DNA of 32,000 bases from Erysipelotrichaceae bacterium (GTDB lineage: Bacteria; Bacillota_I; Bacilli_A; Erysipelotrichales; Coprobacillaceae), in assembly GCA_028698185.1 (NCBI GenBank), contig JAQVDW010000019.1:1-32000 (forward strand). The letters are read 5' to 3'. The notes beneath the pieces were generated by a model. That model saw only the letters and a program-made list of their open reading frames with translations, searched no databases and had not been told where the DNA came from. This document shows, piece after piece, positions 17,870-27,031 of this stretch. Position numbers and translations under genes: made by a program. How positions within the stretch are numbered: the first letter of the stretch is position 1; the number at the start of each line of letters is the position of its first letter.

Positions 17870-18838
17870 ATGTTGAAAATGATTGGAACTTTCATAGTTA
17901 GTTATATATTGATGCTTGTTTTGATGCCTCGAATCATCCCGGTTTTCCACCGGTTCAAGTTCGGGCAGGTCCAACGGGAAGAGGGACCCGAGTCGCACAA
18001 AGTCAAGGGGGGGACCCCGACGATGGGCGGTGCCGTGTTCATCTTGAGTGCGATTGTTTCGGCTTTGGTCTTCAACTATGACAACCTGGCTTCACCGGAA
18101 CTTTGGATTCTGACTTTGACCCTGGCGGGATTTGGGGCCATCGGTCTGGTCGATGACGCTTTGATTGTCATCAAGAAATCGAACAAGGGCCTTCCGGCCT
18201 GGGCGAAGTTCGGGTTGCAGGCGGTGCTTGCGGTCGTTCTTTATTTCCTTTGCAAGAATTTCATTACGGGATTCGACCATGTTATCGAGGTTCCGCTGTT
18301 CAAGGCCAAACTGGATCTTGGAATCCTCTATCCGGCGATGTTTTTCGTGATGTTCACCGGCGCTAGCAATGGGGTTAACCTTTCCGATGGTCTTGACGGT
18401 CTGGCGACCGGTCTTTGCATGATCGCCATCGCTCCGTTTATCATCTTCTCCTACATGAACCGCGATGTCATATTGACCCTTTACAGCATTGCCGTTATCG
18501 GTTCTTTGGTGGGATTCATGATGTTCAACTATCATCCGGCCCAGATTTTCATGGGAGATGTGGGTTCTTTGGGTCTTGGCGGCTTTTTGGCGATCATTGC
18601 CGTTCTGGCCAACCAGGAACTGCTGCTTGTGATAATCGGCATGGTCTTTTTGATTGAAACCCTTTCGGTAATCATCCAGGTTGTCTCATTCAAGACAAGA
18701 GGCAAAAGAGTCTTCAAGATGGCACCGATCCACCACCATTTCGAGATGCTCGGATTCCAGGAAACCCAGGTTGTCCTGATGTTCTGGGTTGCCGGTTTTG
18801 TCTTTGGCATCATCGGAATCCTGTTTGGGGTGATGTAG
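17870..18838 (+). CDS. mraY: Phospho-N-acetylmuramoyl-pentapeptide transferase
   Basis: Polytopic membrane protein with KxGTPTMGG, DDALIV, NGVNLSDGLDGLA, MGDVGSLGLGG and APIHHHFE motifs. Confidence 0.95.
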   Translation: MLKMIGTFIVSYILMLVLMPRIIPVFHRFKFGQVQREEGPESHKVKGGTPTMGGAVFILSAIVSALVFNYDNLASPELWILTLTLAGFGAIGLVDDALIVIKKSNKGLPAWAKFGLQAVLAVVLYFLCKNFITGFDHVIEVPLFKAKLDLGILYPAMFFVMFTGASNGVNLSDGLDGLATGLCMIAIAPFIIFSYMNRDVILTLYSIAVIGSLVGFMMFNYHPAQIFMGDVGSLGLGGFLAIIAVLANQELLLVIIGMVFLIETLSVIIQVVSFKTRGKRVFKMAPIHHHFEMLGFQETQVVLMFWVAGFVFGIIGILFGVM

Positions 18839-18839
18839 C

Positions 18840-20186
18840 GTGCTGACCGGAAAAAAAGTGCTGGTCATCGGACTGGCCCGTTCGGGCAAGGCGGCCATCC
18901 GGCTGCTCCAAAAGCTCAATGCGTCGATTGTCCTTAACGAAGCCCGATCGCTCGAGCTTATCGAGAACCATCAGGAATATCTCGATGCCGGAATCGAAAT
19001 CGTGGCCAACGGCCACCCGGCGGAACTTTTCGAACGGGATTTCGATTTCGTGGTCAAGAATCCTGGAATCAATTACCAAAAAGAGTTTATCCTGCGTTTG
19101 AAAGAGCGCAAAATCGAAATCCTCAACGAAGTGGAGCTAGGCTACCGGTATGCTGCGAAACAGAATTATTATGCCATCACCGGGACCAACGGCAAGACCA
19201 CTACAGTCACCTTGATTGAACACATATTGAAAGGCCGCTATGACAACGTCTTTCTGGCCGGGAATGTCGGGACCCCATACTGCGACCTGGTGGTCGACCA
19301 CGATCTGACAAGCTACAGCGGGGCTCATGTGGTTCTGGAACTTTCGAATTTTCAGCTGCTTGACATGGCAACTTTCCATCCTGTGGCTTCGACGATAATC
19401 AACCTGACTCCCGACCATCTCGACTATATGGTCTCTTTGGACGAATACTATGAGTCGAAACTGAACATCTACCAGAACCAGACCGAGGACGATGTGTATT
19501 TCCTGAACAAGGACGATCAGGTAGTTGAATCATACTTCTCCAAGAAACCCGCAAAATCGCGGGTGGTCACCTTCTCGTTGGAAAAGCCGGCGGACATCGC
19601 AATTGTCAACCAGGCGATCCATGCCTTTGGGAAAAAAATTGTCGAACTCGATAAGATCAAGCTGGTGGGCGCTCACAATGTCCAAAATGTGATGATAGCG
19701 GTCGGCTTCGCCTTGCAGGCGGGCGTCGACGCAACGACCATCGCAGCCCAGGTCGAGTCATTCCAAGGGGTGGCTCATAGAATCGAATACGTGACAACCA
19801 TTGCGGGGGTTAGATATTATAACGATTCCAAAGGGACGAATACGGATGCGACAGTAACGGCGATCAGGGCGTTCGACCGGCCGGTCATCCTGCTTATCGG
19901 TGGTTTCGAGAAAAATCTCGACATTAGCGATATGGCGGCTTTGAACAACAAAATCAAAACGCTTGTCTGTTATGGCGCAACCAAGGAAAGATTCGCGCGG
20001 GAAATGAGCCATCCAGACACACATGTCGTGGATGACTTGCGCTCTGCCGTTATGGAAGCGGCAAAGATTGCCCAGGATGGCGATGTGGTGCTGTTGTCGC
20101 CATCGACAAGCTCGTTTGACGAATTCGAGAGCTACATCAAGCGCGGCGAATACTTCAAAAAGGTTGTCAATGAATTAGGAGAATAA
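18840..20186 (+). CDS. murD: UDP-N-acetylmuramoylalanine--D-glutamate ligase
   Basis: VIGLARSGKA, the ITGTNGKTTT P-loop, NLTPDHLD, GVAHRIE and NDSKGTN motifs. GTG start at 18840. Confidence 0.93.
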   Translation: MLTGKKVLVIGLARSGKAAIRLLQKLNASIVLNEARSLELIENHQEYLDAGIEIVANGHPAELFERDFDFVVKNPGINYQKEFILRLKERKIEILNEVELGYRYAAKQNYYAITGTNGKTTTVTLIEHILKGRYDNVFLAGNVGTPYCDLVVDHDLTSYSGAHVVLELSNFQLLDMATFHPVASTIINLTPDHLDYMVSLDEYYESKLNIYQNQTEDDVYFLNKDDQVVESYFSKKPAKSRVVTFSLEKPADIAIVNQAIHAFGKKIVELDKIKLVGAHNVQNVMIAVGFALQAGVDATTIAAQVESFQGVAHRIEYVTTIAGVRYYNDSKGTNTDATVTAIRAFDRPVILLIGGFEKNLDISDMAALNNKIKTLVCYGATKERFAREMSHPDTHVVDDLRSAVMEAAKIAQDGDVVLLSPSTSSFDEFESYIKRGEYFKKVVNELGE

Positions 20187-20187
20187 G

Positions 20188-21264
20188 ATGCGGATTATTA
20201 TCGGAAGCGGCGGAACCGGGGGGCATTTGTACCCCGCTTTGGCTTTAATAGAATATATCGAGTCCCAAGAGGATACTCAGGTCCTGTTTGTCGGGACCAA
20301 GGACCGACTCGAGTCTCAGGTGGTGCCAAAACTCGGTTACCAATATCGCGGTCTCGATGTCAAAGGGCTGGTTGGAAGTCCGTTGAACAAGCTAAAAAAC
20401 ATCATGCTTTTTGTCAGATCGATCAAGGAAGCAAAAAAGATAATCAGGGAGTTCGCTCCTGACATCGTGGTCGGCTTTGGCGGGTATCCTTCGGCGAGCA
20501 TCGTGATGGCGGCAAGTCAGCTGAAAATCCCGACCATGATCCACGAACAGAATTCGATCATCGGTCTTACCAACAAGATCCTTGTCAACAAGGTCGACAA
20601 GATCATCGCCTGCTACCAGGGGGCCTATGAAAAATTCCCCAAAGGGAAGACGTATCTTTACGGAAATCCTCGGGCGAGCCTGGTCGGTACCCAGGCCACG
20701 GTGGATGTCCATGAAAAGTACGGACTCAAAAAGGACCTGCCGATTGTGACCATGGTCATGGGATCGCTGGGGTCGAAGACGATCAACGACAAGATGGTGG
20801 CGGCGCTGCAAAAAGCCGACTTCAAGGACTATTCGCTTGTCTATGTGACCGGAAAAAACTATTATGACGAGGTTTGCTCGAAGCTTGAAGGATGTGTGGA
20901 GAATATAAAAATCGTCCCTTATATCGACGACATGGCATCGCTGATGCAAAGTTCGACGCTGATGGTTACCCGCGGGGGCGCGAGCACCCTGGCGGAGCTC
21001 ACGGCGCTAGGCAAACCGGCGATAATAATCCCAAGTCCTTACGTCGTTAAAAACCATCAGGAATTCAATGCCCTGGAACTATCTTCCAACAATGCGGCCA
21101 AGATGATTCTTGAGGCCGACCTCGACGGCACCAAACTGCTTGAGCGGATCGAAGGGCTGATCCAGTCGCCTTTGCAGCTAGAAGCGATGCACCAGGCGAG
21201 TCTGAAATTGAGCCAGAGCGACGCCTCAAAAAACATATACGAATTGATCAAAACGATGATTTAA
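20188..21264 (+). CDS. murG: UDP-N-acetylglucosamine--N-acetylmuramyl-(pentapeptide) pyrophosphoryl-undecaprenol GlcNAc transferase
   Basis: GGTGGHLYPALA, GFGGYPS, HEQNS, TRGGASTLAEL and NHQEFNA motifs. Confidence 0.93.
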   Translation: MRIIIGSGGTGGHLYPALALIEYIESQEDTQVLFVGTKDRLESQVVPKLGYQYRGLDVKGLVGSPLNKLKNIMLFVRSIKEAKKIIREFAPDIVVGFGGYPSASIVMAASQLKIPTMIHEQNSIIGLTNKILVNKVDKIIACYQGAYEKFPKGKTYLYGNPRASLVGTQATVDVHEKYGLKKDLPIVTMVMGSLGSKTINDKMVAALQKADFKDYSLVYVTGKNYYDEVCSKLEGCVENIKIVPYIDDMASLMQSSTLMVTRGGASTLAELTALGKPAIIIPSPYVVKNHQEFNALELSSNNAAKMILEADLDGTKLLERIEGLIQSPLQLEAMHQASLKLSQSDASKNIYELIKTMI

Positions 21265-21273
21265 GGGGAAAAT

Positions 21274-22188
21274 ATGGATTTCAACCAAGTATATCAGGAT
21301 TTAGTAAACTTAAATGTCGGCCAGGTCATCAAGGATGAGCCGATGTACAAACACACAACCCTTAGAGTAGGTGGTCCTTGCGCCATCTTCATCAATGTCA
21401 ACACCCAGGACGGTCTGATCGCGGCTTTGAAATATGTCAACAAGCACCATCTCAAGTCGATGGTCATCGGCAAGGGCAGCAATCTTCTATTCAGTGACGG
21501 CCTTTACCAAGGGGTGATCATCTGTCTTGCCGAGGGTTTCAACTACACCCATTACAATGGTTGCACCGTCACCGCGGGGGCCGGAGTTTCGATGATCAAG
21601 CTAGCCTACCAGGCCGCAAACGCGGGGCTTAGCGGTTTCGAGTTCATGTCGGGGATTCCCGGAACGATTGGCGGGGGGGTCTACATGAATGCCGGAGCCT
21701 ACAAGTACGACATGGCTTCGGTTGTCAAGAGTGTCAAGATTCTCAATGAAAAATACCAGACCGTGACACTGACGAACAACCAGATGGAGTTTGGCTATCG
21801 GACATCGATTCTCCAGCGCAATCCCCGTTGGGTTGTCCTCGAGGTTGTCTTTGAACTGAGCCCATCGGATCCCAAATTCATCAATGAGGTGATCGACAAG
21901 CGCAAGGAAAAAAGGATGACGACCCAACCATGGAACAAGCCAAGTGCGGGGTCGATTTTCCAGAATCCGTCCATGGCTCCGGCCTGGAAGCTGATTGAAG
22001 ATTGCGATCTCAGGGGTCGGGAAATCGGCGGGGCCCAGGTGAGCCTGAAGCATTGCAACTTCATCGTCAACAACGGCTATGCCTCGGCCAAGGACATCTA
22101 CGACCTGATCGAACTGGTCAAAGAAGAGGTCAAAAAGCAGCACGACATCGAACTGCATCAGGAAGTGAAATACGTGAATTGGGAGTAG
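21274..22188 (+). CDS. murB: UDP-N-acetylenolpyruvoylglucosamine reductase
   Basis: HTTLRVGGP, GKGSNLL, SGIPGTIGGGVYMNAGAY, FGYRTS and PSAGSIFQNP motifs. Confidence 0.93.
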   Translation: MDFNQVYQDLVNLNVGQVIKDEPMYKHTTLRVGGPCAIFINVNTQDGLIAALKYVNKHHLKSMVIGKGSNLLFSDGLYQGVIICLAEGFNYTHYNGCTVTAGAGVSMIKLAYQAANAGLSGFEFMSGIPGTIGGGVYMNAGAYKYDMASVVKSVKILNEKYQTVTLTNNQMEFGYRTSILQRNPRWVVLEVVFELSPSDPKFINEVIDKRKEKRMTTQPWNKPSAGSIFQNPSMAPAWKLIEDCDLRGREIGGAQVSLKHCNFIVNNGYASAKDIYDLIELVKEEVKKQHDIELHQEVKYVNWE

Positions 22189-22192
22189 TCTT

Positions 22193-22948
22193 ATGGCAAA
22201 AAAAACAGTAGTCTTCAACGAATATGACGAAAATCAAAGTCTCCTTCTGGCCAAGAAACAAAAGGCCAAGCGGCGCGCCCGGGCAACAAAAAGGCTGACT
22301 GCTTTAATTTTGCTTGTTTTGACTGTTTTTTACTTTGGTTCGGATTATTCAAAAATAATGACAATCGCAATAGCCAACAATGAGTTCATCTCGCAAGAAA
22401 CGATTGTGGAATTGACCCAGGTCAAGACCAAGGGAAGCTTCATGTTGTTCACAAAGAGCGCCAAGGTCGAGACCGACCTGATGGCCAGCGGCTATTTTGA
22501 CAGCGTTTCTGTAAGCAAAGGCTGGGACCGCTCGCTTAAGGTTGCGGTGACCCCGACGCCATTGATCGCCTACTGCGCCAATGAGCAGGGCTTTCTGGCG
22601 GTCAACGAGTCAGGCAAGGTCTGCCAGATATCCGGTGATTTTTCTGGCCTGGTGGCGACTTTGCCGGTGCTTCATGACTTCACTGACGAGATCATGGCGC
22701 AGTTCGCGGCTGAATATGCAAAAATCCCGTCACAGGTACGCCTCCAGGTTTCGGATGTCTATTTCAAGCCGGCAGCCGGGGATGACCTGCGCTGTCAGTT
22801 CAATATGGACGACGGCAAAATATTGTATCTGCGGATCGATAAGATGGCCAGCCAGCTGGCAAACAACAACTACATAATCCTCGTCTACAATTACGGCGAT
22901 TACAAGTATTTCGATTTTCTTGGTGAATATGTCTATCGCAGCAAATAA
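22193..22948 (+). CDS. divIB: Cell division protein DivIB/FtsQ
   Basis: Basic N-terminus (KKQKAKRRARATKR), a single TM segment (LTALILLVLTVFYF), and a POTRA-like extracellular domain. Its position directly after murB is the typical one. Confidence 0.75.
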   Translation: MAKKTVVFNEYDENQSLLLAKKQKAKRRARATKRLTALILLVLTVFYFGSDYSKIMTIAIANNEFISQETIVELTQVKTKGSFMLFTKSAKVETDLMASGYFDSVSVSKGWDRSLKVAVTPTPLIAYCANEQGFLAVNESGKVCQISGDFSGLVATLPVLHDFTDEIMAQFAAEYAKIPSQVRLQVSDVYFKPAAGDDLRCQFNMDDGKILYLRIDKMASQLANNNYIILVYNYGDYKYFDFLGEYVYRSK

Positions 22949-22980
22949 AAACCCTCGTTTTTCAGAAGGTTTTTTTTGTT
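22949..22980. terminator. Putative bidirectional terminator between divIB and the convergent membrane-protein gene
   Basis: aaccctc-gtttttca-gaaggtt (one mismatch), flanked by an A-run and a T-run. Confidence 0.4.
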
Positions 22981-23504
22981 TTTATGCAATTGGGGAAAAG
23001 CTTCTTGTTCAAATATGTCAATACCGCCTCGAACCTCCGATAAGTCAGGAACATGAAACAGAATGTCAGGGCGAACTGGCCTAGTGAAACCTGAAGGCCT
23101 AGAAGCATGTAGAGCAGGGTCACCTGTTTGGAAAAAATGATGAATGGAAGCTGCAAGAGCTGGCCGGTGGCAAAGGAGAACAGGCCGCTGACCAGGCAGA
23201 GAATGAGAAAGTGCCTTTTTAAAATTGGCCTGGTGGCCCCGATAATCAGGGAATAGGCGGGATAGATGAAAAAATACATGCTGCCCCATGGGGTTATCCC
23301 GGTGGTGAGCAGGTAGACGCTTCCGAAGATAAGCGACCCTAAAAACGCATCCCGGGTCGAAAAAACCATGGCGAAACATACGGTTATGCTCGTGATGACT
23401 TCAAGGTAGGGGATAAACGAGAACGACATGAAGCTTACATATTGGACACAACCCAAAATGGCGATCAGTGCCATTTTTTTTGTGGTAAGATATCTGTTTG
23501 ACAT
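22962..23504 (-). CDS. Small six-TM membrane protein, ECF-transporter S-component-like (candidate cobalamin or corrinoid uptake component)
   Basis: 180 aa counted from the ATG at 23504 (AAGGAG 7 nt upstream). About six hydrophobic segments follow an N-terminal TTKKMALIAILG. It lies directly downstream of a cobalamin riboswitch. The substrate is an inference from that riboswitch. Confidence 0.6.
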   Translation of the reverse strand: MSNRYLTTKKMALIAILGCVQYVSFMSFSFIPYLEVITSITVCFAMVFSTRDAFLGSLIFGSVYLLTTGITPWGSMYFFIYPAYSLIIGATRPILKRHFLILCLVSGLFSFATGQLLQLPFIIFSKQVTLLYMLLGLQVSLGQFALTFCFMFLTYRRFEAVLTYLNKKLFPNCIKTKKTF

Positions 23505-23514
23505 ATTTGACTCC

Positions 23515-23669
23515 TTTACTATTTGCCAAGGCGCCAGAAAACAGCCGCCCTTTCTCAACCAAAAGACGTTGAATTGACAAAGTTCCTGACTTGAAGCTAG
23601 GCTTCTTACAGTAGTGTGAGCTGCTCCGGACTTTCACCGGATTCCTTTTTGCCATCCAAGGCAGTCAAT
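23515..23669 (-). promoter_or_regulatory. Cobalamin riboswitch (compact form) plus expression platform
   Basis: The minus strand reads ATTGAC-tgccttggatggca-AAAAGGAAtCCGGTGAAAGTCCGGaGCAGCtCACACTACTGTAAgaagcctagcttcAAGTCAGGAACtttGTCAAT. It matches the cobalamin consensus blocks (AGGGAA, GGTGAAAxTCC, GCxGCxCxCxACTGTAA, B12 box AGTCAGGAxAC) and has P1 ATTGAC/GTCAAT. The aptamer spans about 23573-23669. Confidence 0.7.
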
Positions 23670-23682
23670 CAAATTCAAATCA

Positions 23683-23711
23683 ATTGTATTACATATCCGA
23701 TGGCATTTCAA
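23683..23711 (-). promoter_or_regulatory. Sigma-A promoter for the riboswitch-controlled gene
   Basis: On the minus strand: TTGAAA, 17-nt spacer, then TACAAT. It lies about 14 nt upstream of riboswitch P1. Confidence 0.5.
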
Positions 23712-23895
23712 ACATTAAAAAATACAAGCGGTTTCCTGGTGCTCCTACGGTTATTGGATATTTGTGATTTTATCGGCATAAGTATTTTAAAAGTGTTTAA
23801 AAAGAAAATAAAATATGCTAAGATTAGATAGTATAATACGTTCAGCGGTATGTAGAACAACATTATCCAAATAAGCTTTGTCAGGGGTGGAATAA

Positions 23896-25152
23896 ATGAG
23901 AAATATCTATGCTTTGTTAGACATAGGTAGTGCAACAATTAAGTTGGTTGTAGCCGAAGTTCTAGACACTAATGTCAATGTTTTATATGCAGACAAGACT
24001 GCGAGTCACGGCATTAGTAAAGGTTATGTGGCAAATGAAGAAATAGCTAGTGAAGATGTCAAGAAGATAGTCGCGAAAGCGAACGACTATCTGGGCACGA
24101 CAATCGGCAGCGTTGCTTTGATAATTCCGACCATCGGTTCAAGGATTTACCAAAGTGACAGTTCGATATCATTGTCCGATTCTGGCAGCAAGATCACAAG
24201 TAACGATATACGGCGGATCCTGGATCTGTCGGCCCGGTTCAAAAAAGAAGCTGATGAGGAACTGGTATCAGTCATCCCGATTTGCTTCCATCACGATCAA
24301 GGTTCCAACAACAAGGTTCCTCTTGACATCAAATCAAGAAACCTCGCGGTTGATTCCCTGGTGGTGACCAGTCCTAAGAAACTTCTCTATCCGTTTTTAC
24401 GGGTAGTCGAATATGCCGGCCTGGATATCCTCGATGTTTCCATCAGCGCCTATGCATGCGCCTTGGAAGCTTTTGACGAGGCCTACATGAATGAAGGGTC
24501 GATCCTTGTCGATGTCGGTTTCAAGACTTCGACGATATCCTTTTACAAGGACGGGTATCTCAAGTATCTTTCAGTCGTTCCGTATGGCGGCAATGATTTT
24601 ACCCGGAATATTTATCAGAATTTTCAGATTTCACCTGAACAGGGAGAAACTTATAAAATCAAGTATGGCAGTGTTTTTGACCGCCACTCCAAGGATGACA
24701 TCGTCCACACCGTGGTGTATGACGATGAAAAGAAGGACTATTCCTTAGCCGACCTTCATCTTCTCGATCGGGAAATCGCCAAGGCGATATTCACCAAAAT
24801 CAAAGAGAAAGTCGAATTGATCGACCAGGGCAACAACTATGAGATCATCCTGGTAGGCGGGGGCAGCGAGCTCAAGCTCATTCCCGAGGTCGCCAGCCAG
24901 GTACTCAACGCCCCAGTGCGACTTTACCGGCCAGAGACAATCGGAGTCAGGGATATGGCTTATGTCTCTTGTTTGGGGATGATTTACTTCATGATCAACA
25001 AGGCGAAATACCAGGGGGGTTATGAACCGTCGCTGGTACTCGATGAGATAACAAACACGATGTCCGTGCGCCTGAAGGGTTTGACTAGGAACAATCCGGC
25101 TCCTCAAAAGGGGGTCAACAAGATACTGGAAAATTTATTTAACGACGAATAA
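23896..25152 (+). CDS. ftsA: Cell division protein FtsA
   Basis: Actin-like ATPase: N-terminal LDIGSATIKLVV, VDVGFKTSTIS and ILVGGGSEL motifs. It lies immediately upstream of ftsZ. Confidence 0.9.
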   Translation: MRNIYALLDIGSATIKLVVAEVLDTNVNVLYADKTASHGISKGYVANEEIASEDVKKIVAKANDYLGTTIGSVALIIPTIGSRIYQSDSSISLSDSGSKITSNDIRRILDLSARFKKEADEELVSVIPICFHHDQGSNNKVPLDIKSRNLAVDSLVVTSPKKLLYPFLRVVEYAGLDILDVSISAYACALEAFDEAYMNEGSILVDVGFKTSTISFYKDGYLKYLSVVPYGGNDFTRNIYQNFQISPEQGETYKIKYGSVFDRHSKDDIVHTVVYDDEKKDYSLADLHLLDREIAKAIFTKIKEKVELIDQGNNYEIILVGGGSELKLIPEVASQVLNAPVRLYRPETIGVRDMAYVSCLGMIYFMINKAKYQGGYEPSLVLDEITNTMSVRLKGLTRNNPAPQKGVNKILENLFNDE

Positions 25153-25167
25153 AGCGAGGAAACGAAG

Positions 25168-26232
25168 ATGGAAGAAAATTACGAACAAGTTGCAAAAATA
25201 AAGGTTATTGGTGTAGGCGGTGGCGGAAACAACGCCGTAAACCGCATGGTTGAAAACGGAGTACAAGGGGTTGAATTCTTCGTTGCGAATACGGACGTTC
25301 AGGTGCTGCGCCGCTCGAAAGTCGACAACAAGATCGCTCTTGGTGGCAAGATTACCAAAGGTCTTGGAGCCGGTGGAAATCCTGAAGTCGGGAAAAAAGC
25401 CGCAATGGAATCGGAAAACGATATCCGTGAAGTGCTCGACGGTGCGGACATGGTGTTCATCGCTGCGGGAATGGGTGGCGGTACCGGAACCGGTGCGGCT
25501 CCGGTGTTTGCAAAAATCGCCAAAGAGATGGGTGCTTTGACAGTTGGTATTATCACCCGTCCTTTCAAGTTCGAAGGGAAACGCCGCAATCAGCTGGCTT
25601 TGGAAGGGATCGAGGAATTGCGCAAAAACGTTGATTCGATCATTGTTGTTGCAAATGACCGCCTGTTGCAGTTGATCGGGGGTCGTCCGATGTCGGAAGC
25701 CTTCGGAGAAGCTGACAATGTGTTGCGCCAAGGGGTACAGACAATAACTGACCTTATCGCTATTCCGGCATTCATGAACCTGGATTTCGCCGACGTCTGC
25801 TCGGTAATGAAAGACAAGGGAAATGCCCTGATCGGAATCGGGATGGCATCAGGAGACAACAAAGCCCGCGATGCCGCACAGGCCGCGATCGCTTCACCGT
25901 TGCTTGACGTATCGGTTGCCGGTGCCAAAGATGCAATCATCAACATCACAGGAGGACCGAACATTTCCCTGTTTGACGCGAATATCGCTTTGGAAACAAT
26001 CACCGAGGAAGTCGGAGACGACATCAACACTTACCTGGGTGTGGCAATCAATGAAAATCTCGATGACGAGGTTATCGTGACTGTGATCGCGACGGGATTC
26101 GAACAGTTCAAGGAAGAACCGGCTGGAAAAAAAGCGGTCAAGTTCGAAACTGATATCGAACCGGTGCGCAACCAGGTCCTGGAAGAAGAAGAGGATGAAT
26201 TGCCAGGATTCATCAGAATGAGACGTTTATAA
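25168..26232 (+). CDS. ftsZ: Cell division GTPase FtsZ
   Basis: [17 protein letters not shown], the tubulin signature [20 protein letters not shown], and the conserved C-terminal peptide [11 protein letters not shown]. Confidence 0.97.
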   Translation: MEENYEQVAKIKVIGVGGGGNNAVNRMVENGVQGVEFFVANTDVQVLRRSKVDNKIALGGKITKGLGAGGNPEVGKKAAMESENDIREVLDGADMVFIAAGMGGGTGTGAAPVFAKIAKEMGALTVGIITRPFKFEGKRRNQLALEGIEELRKNVDSIIVVANDRLLQLIGGRPMSEAFGEADNVLRQGVQTITDLIAIPAFMNLDFADVCSVMKDKGNALIGIGMASGDNKARDAAQAAIASPLLDVSVAGAKDAIINITGGPNISLFDANIALETITEEVGDDINTYLGVAINENLDDEVIVTVIATGFEQFKEEPAGKKAVKFETDIEPVRNQVLEEEEDELPGFIRMRRL

Positions 26233-27020
26233 TGATGGCCCCAAAAATCGGATTTGTCGGGCTTGGCAACATGGCTTCGGCCCTGTTCGAGGGTCTGATC
26301 CAGGCTGGCGCCATCGATCCCGCCAACACCATCGGGTACGACATCGCGCAAAGTCAAGTTGACTATTTCCATGACAAATACGCGATGGTTCCGGCTTCTA
26401 GTGAGCTGGATGTTGCTACCTGGGCGGATATTGTCATCATGGGAGTCAAACCGGACAAGCTTGAAACGGTTATTGGAAAAATCAGGGAAGCGGCCAAAAA
26501 CAAAACAATCGTTTCCATGGTCCTGGGTTACAATTTCGAGCGTTTCCATGCTCTTGTCGACCCGTCAACAGCGCACGTCACCATGATGCCCAACACACCA
26601 GTCAAGGTGTCCCAAGGAGTGATCCTGTTCGAACAGGAAAACAACCTTAAAGCGGAAGAACTTGAAGCTGTCGTTGAAATGTTCAGTAAAGTTGCCACAG
26701 TCAAGGTGCTGCCTGCAAGCATATTCAAGGGAGCCAGCGTTTTGACCGGATGCGGGCCGGCTTATGTCTACCAGATCATTGAGGCCTTGAGCGACGGCGT
26801 TGTCGAATTGGGGGTGCCTCGCGACTTGGCCTACGAGTTGGTAAGCCAGACCGTGCTTGGCAGCGCGATGATGCAAAAGGAAACCAAGCTTCATCCTGGA
26901 ATCCTCAAAGACCAGGTTTGTTCGCCAGGAGGAATCACCATCAAAGGCGTCAACGCCTTGGAGAAAAACGGTTTAAGACATGCTTTGATCGAAGGAGTTA
27001 AAGCATCAAGCGGTAAGTAG
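26232..27020 (+). CDS. proC: Pyrroline-5-carboxylate reductase
   Basis: The Rossmann N-terminus reads IGFVGLGNMASAL. Also VKPD, MPNTPV, GCGPAYVY and SPGGITI motifs. Its ATG overlaps the ftsZ TAA by 1 nt (TAATG). Confidence 0.9.
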   Translation: MMAPKIGFVGLGNMASALFEGLIQAGAIDPANTIGYDIAQSQVDYFHDKYAMVPASSELDVATWADIVIMGVKPDKLETVIGKIREAAKNKTIVSMVLGYNFERFHALVDPSTAHVTMMPNTPVKVSQGVILFEQENNLKAEELEAVVEMFSKVATVKVLPASIFKGASVLTGCGPAYVYQIIEALSDGVVELGVPRDLAYELVSQTVLGSAMMQKETKLHPGILKDQVCSPGGITIKGVNALEKNGLRHALIEGVKASSGK

Positions 27021-27031
27021 GAGGAATAAAA

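Noticed and set aside
23505-23558. Upstream extension of the membrane-protein ORF (start at 23558)
   Set aside because: It would lie within the riboswitch expression platform. AAGGAG is correctly spaced for the ATG at 23504.
23616-23938. 71-aa (+) and 76-aa (-) ORFs in the AT-rich divergent control region upstream of ftsA
   Set aside because: They overlap the riboswitch, its promoter and the ftsA start. They are AT-rich and low-complexity and have no SD. They are likely chance ORFs.
25135-26549. Long minus-strand ORFs antisense to ftsZ and proC (198, 146 and 172 aa)
   Set aside because: They lie antisense to very well-supported genes and are typical GC-skewed shadow frames. The same applies to the antisense ORFs in murB (21601-22218), trpE (10799-11890), trpF-trpB/trpA (14406-15059, 16072-16599), murG (20392-20949) and ileS (30202-30714).
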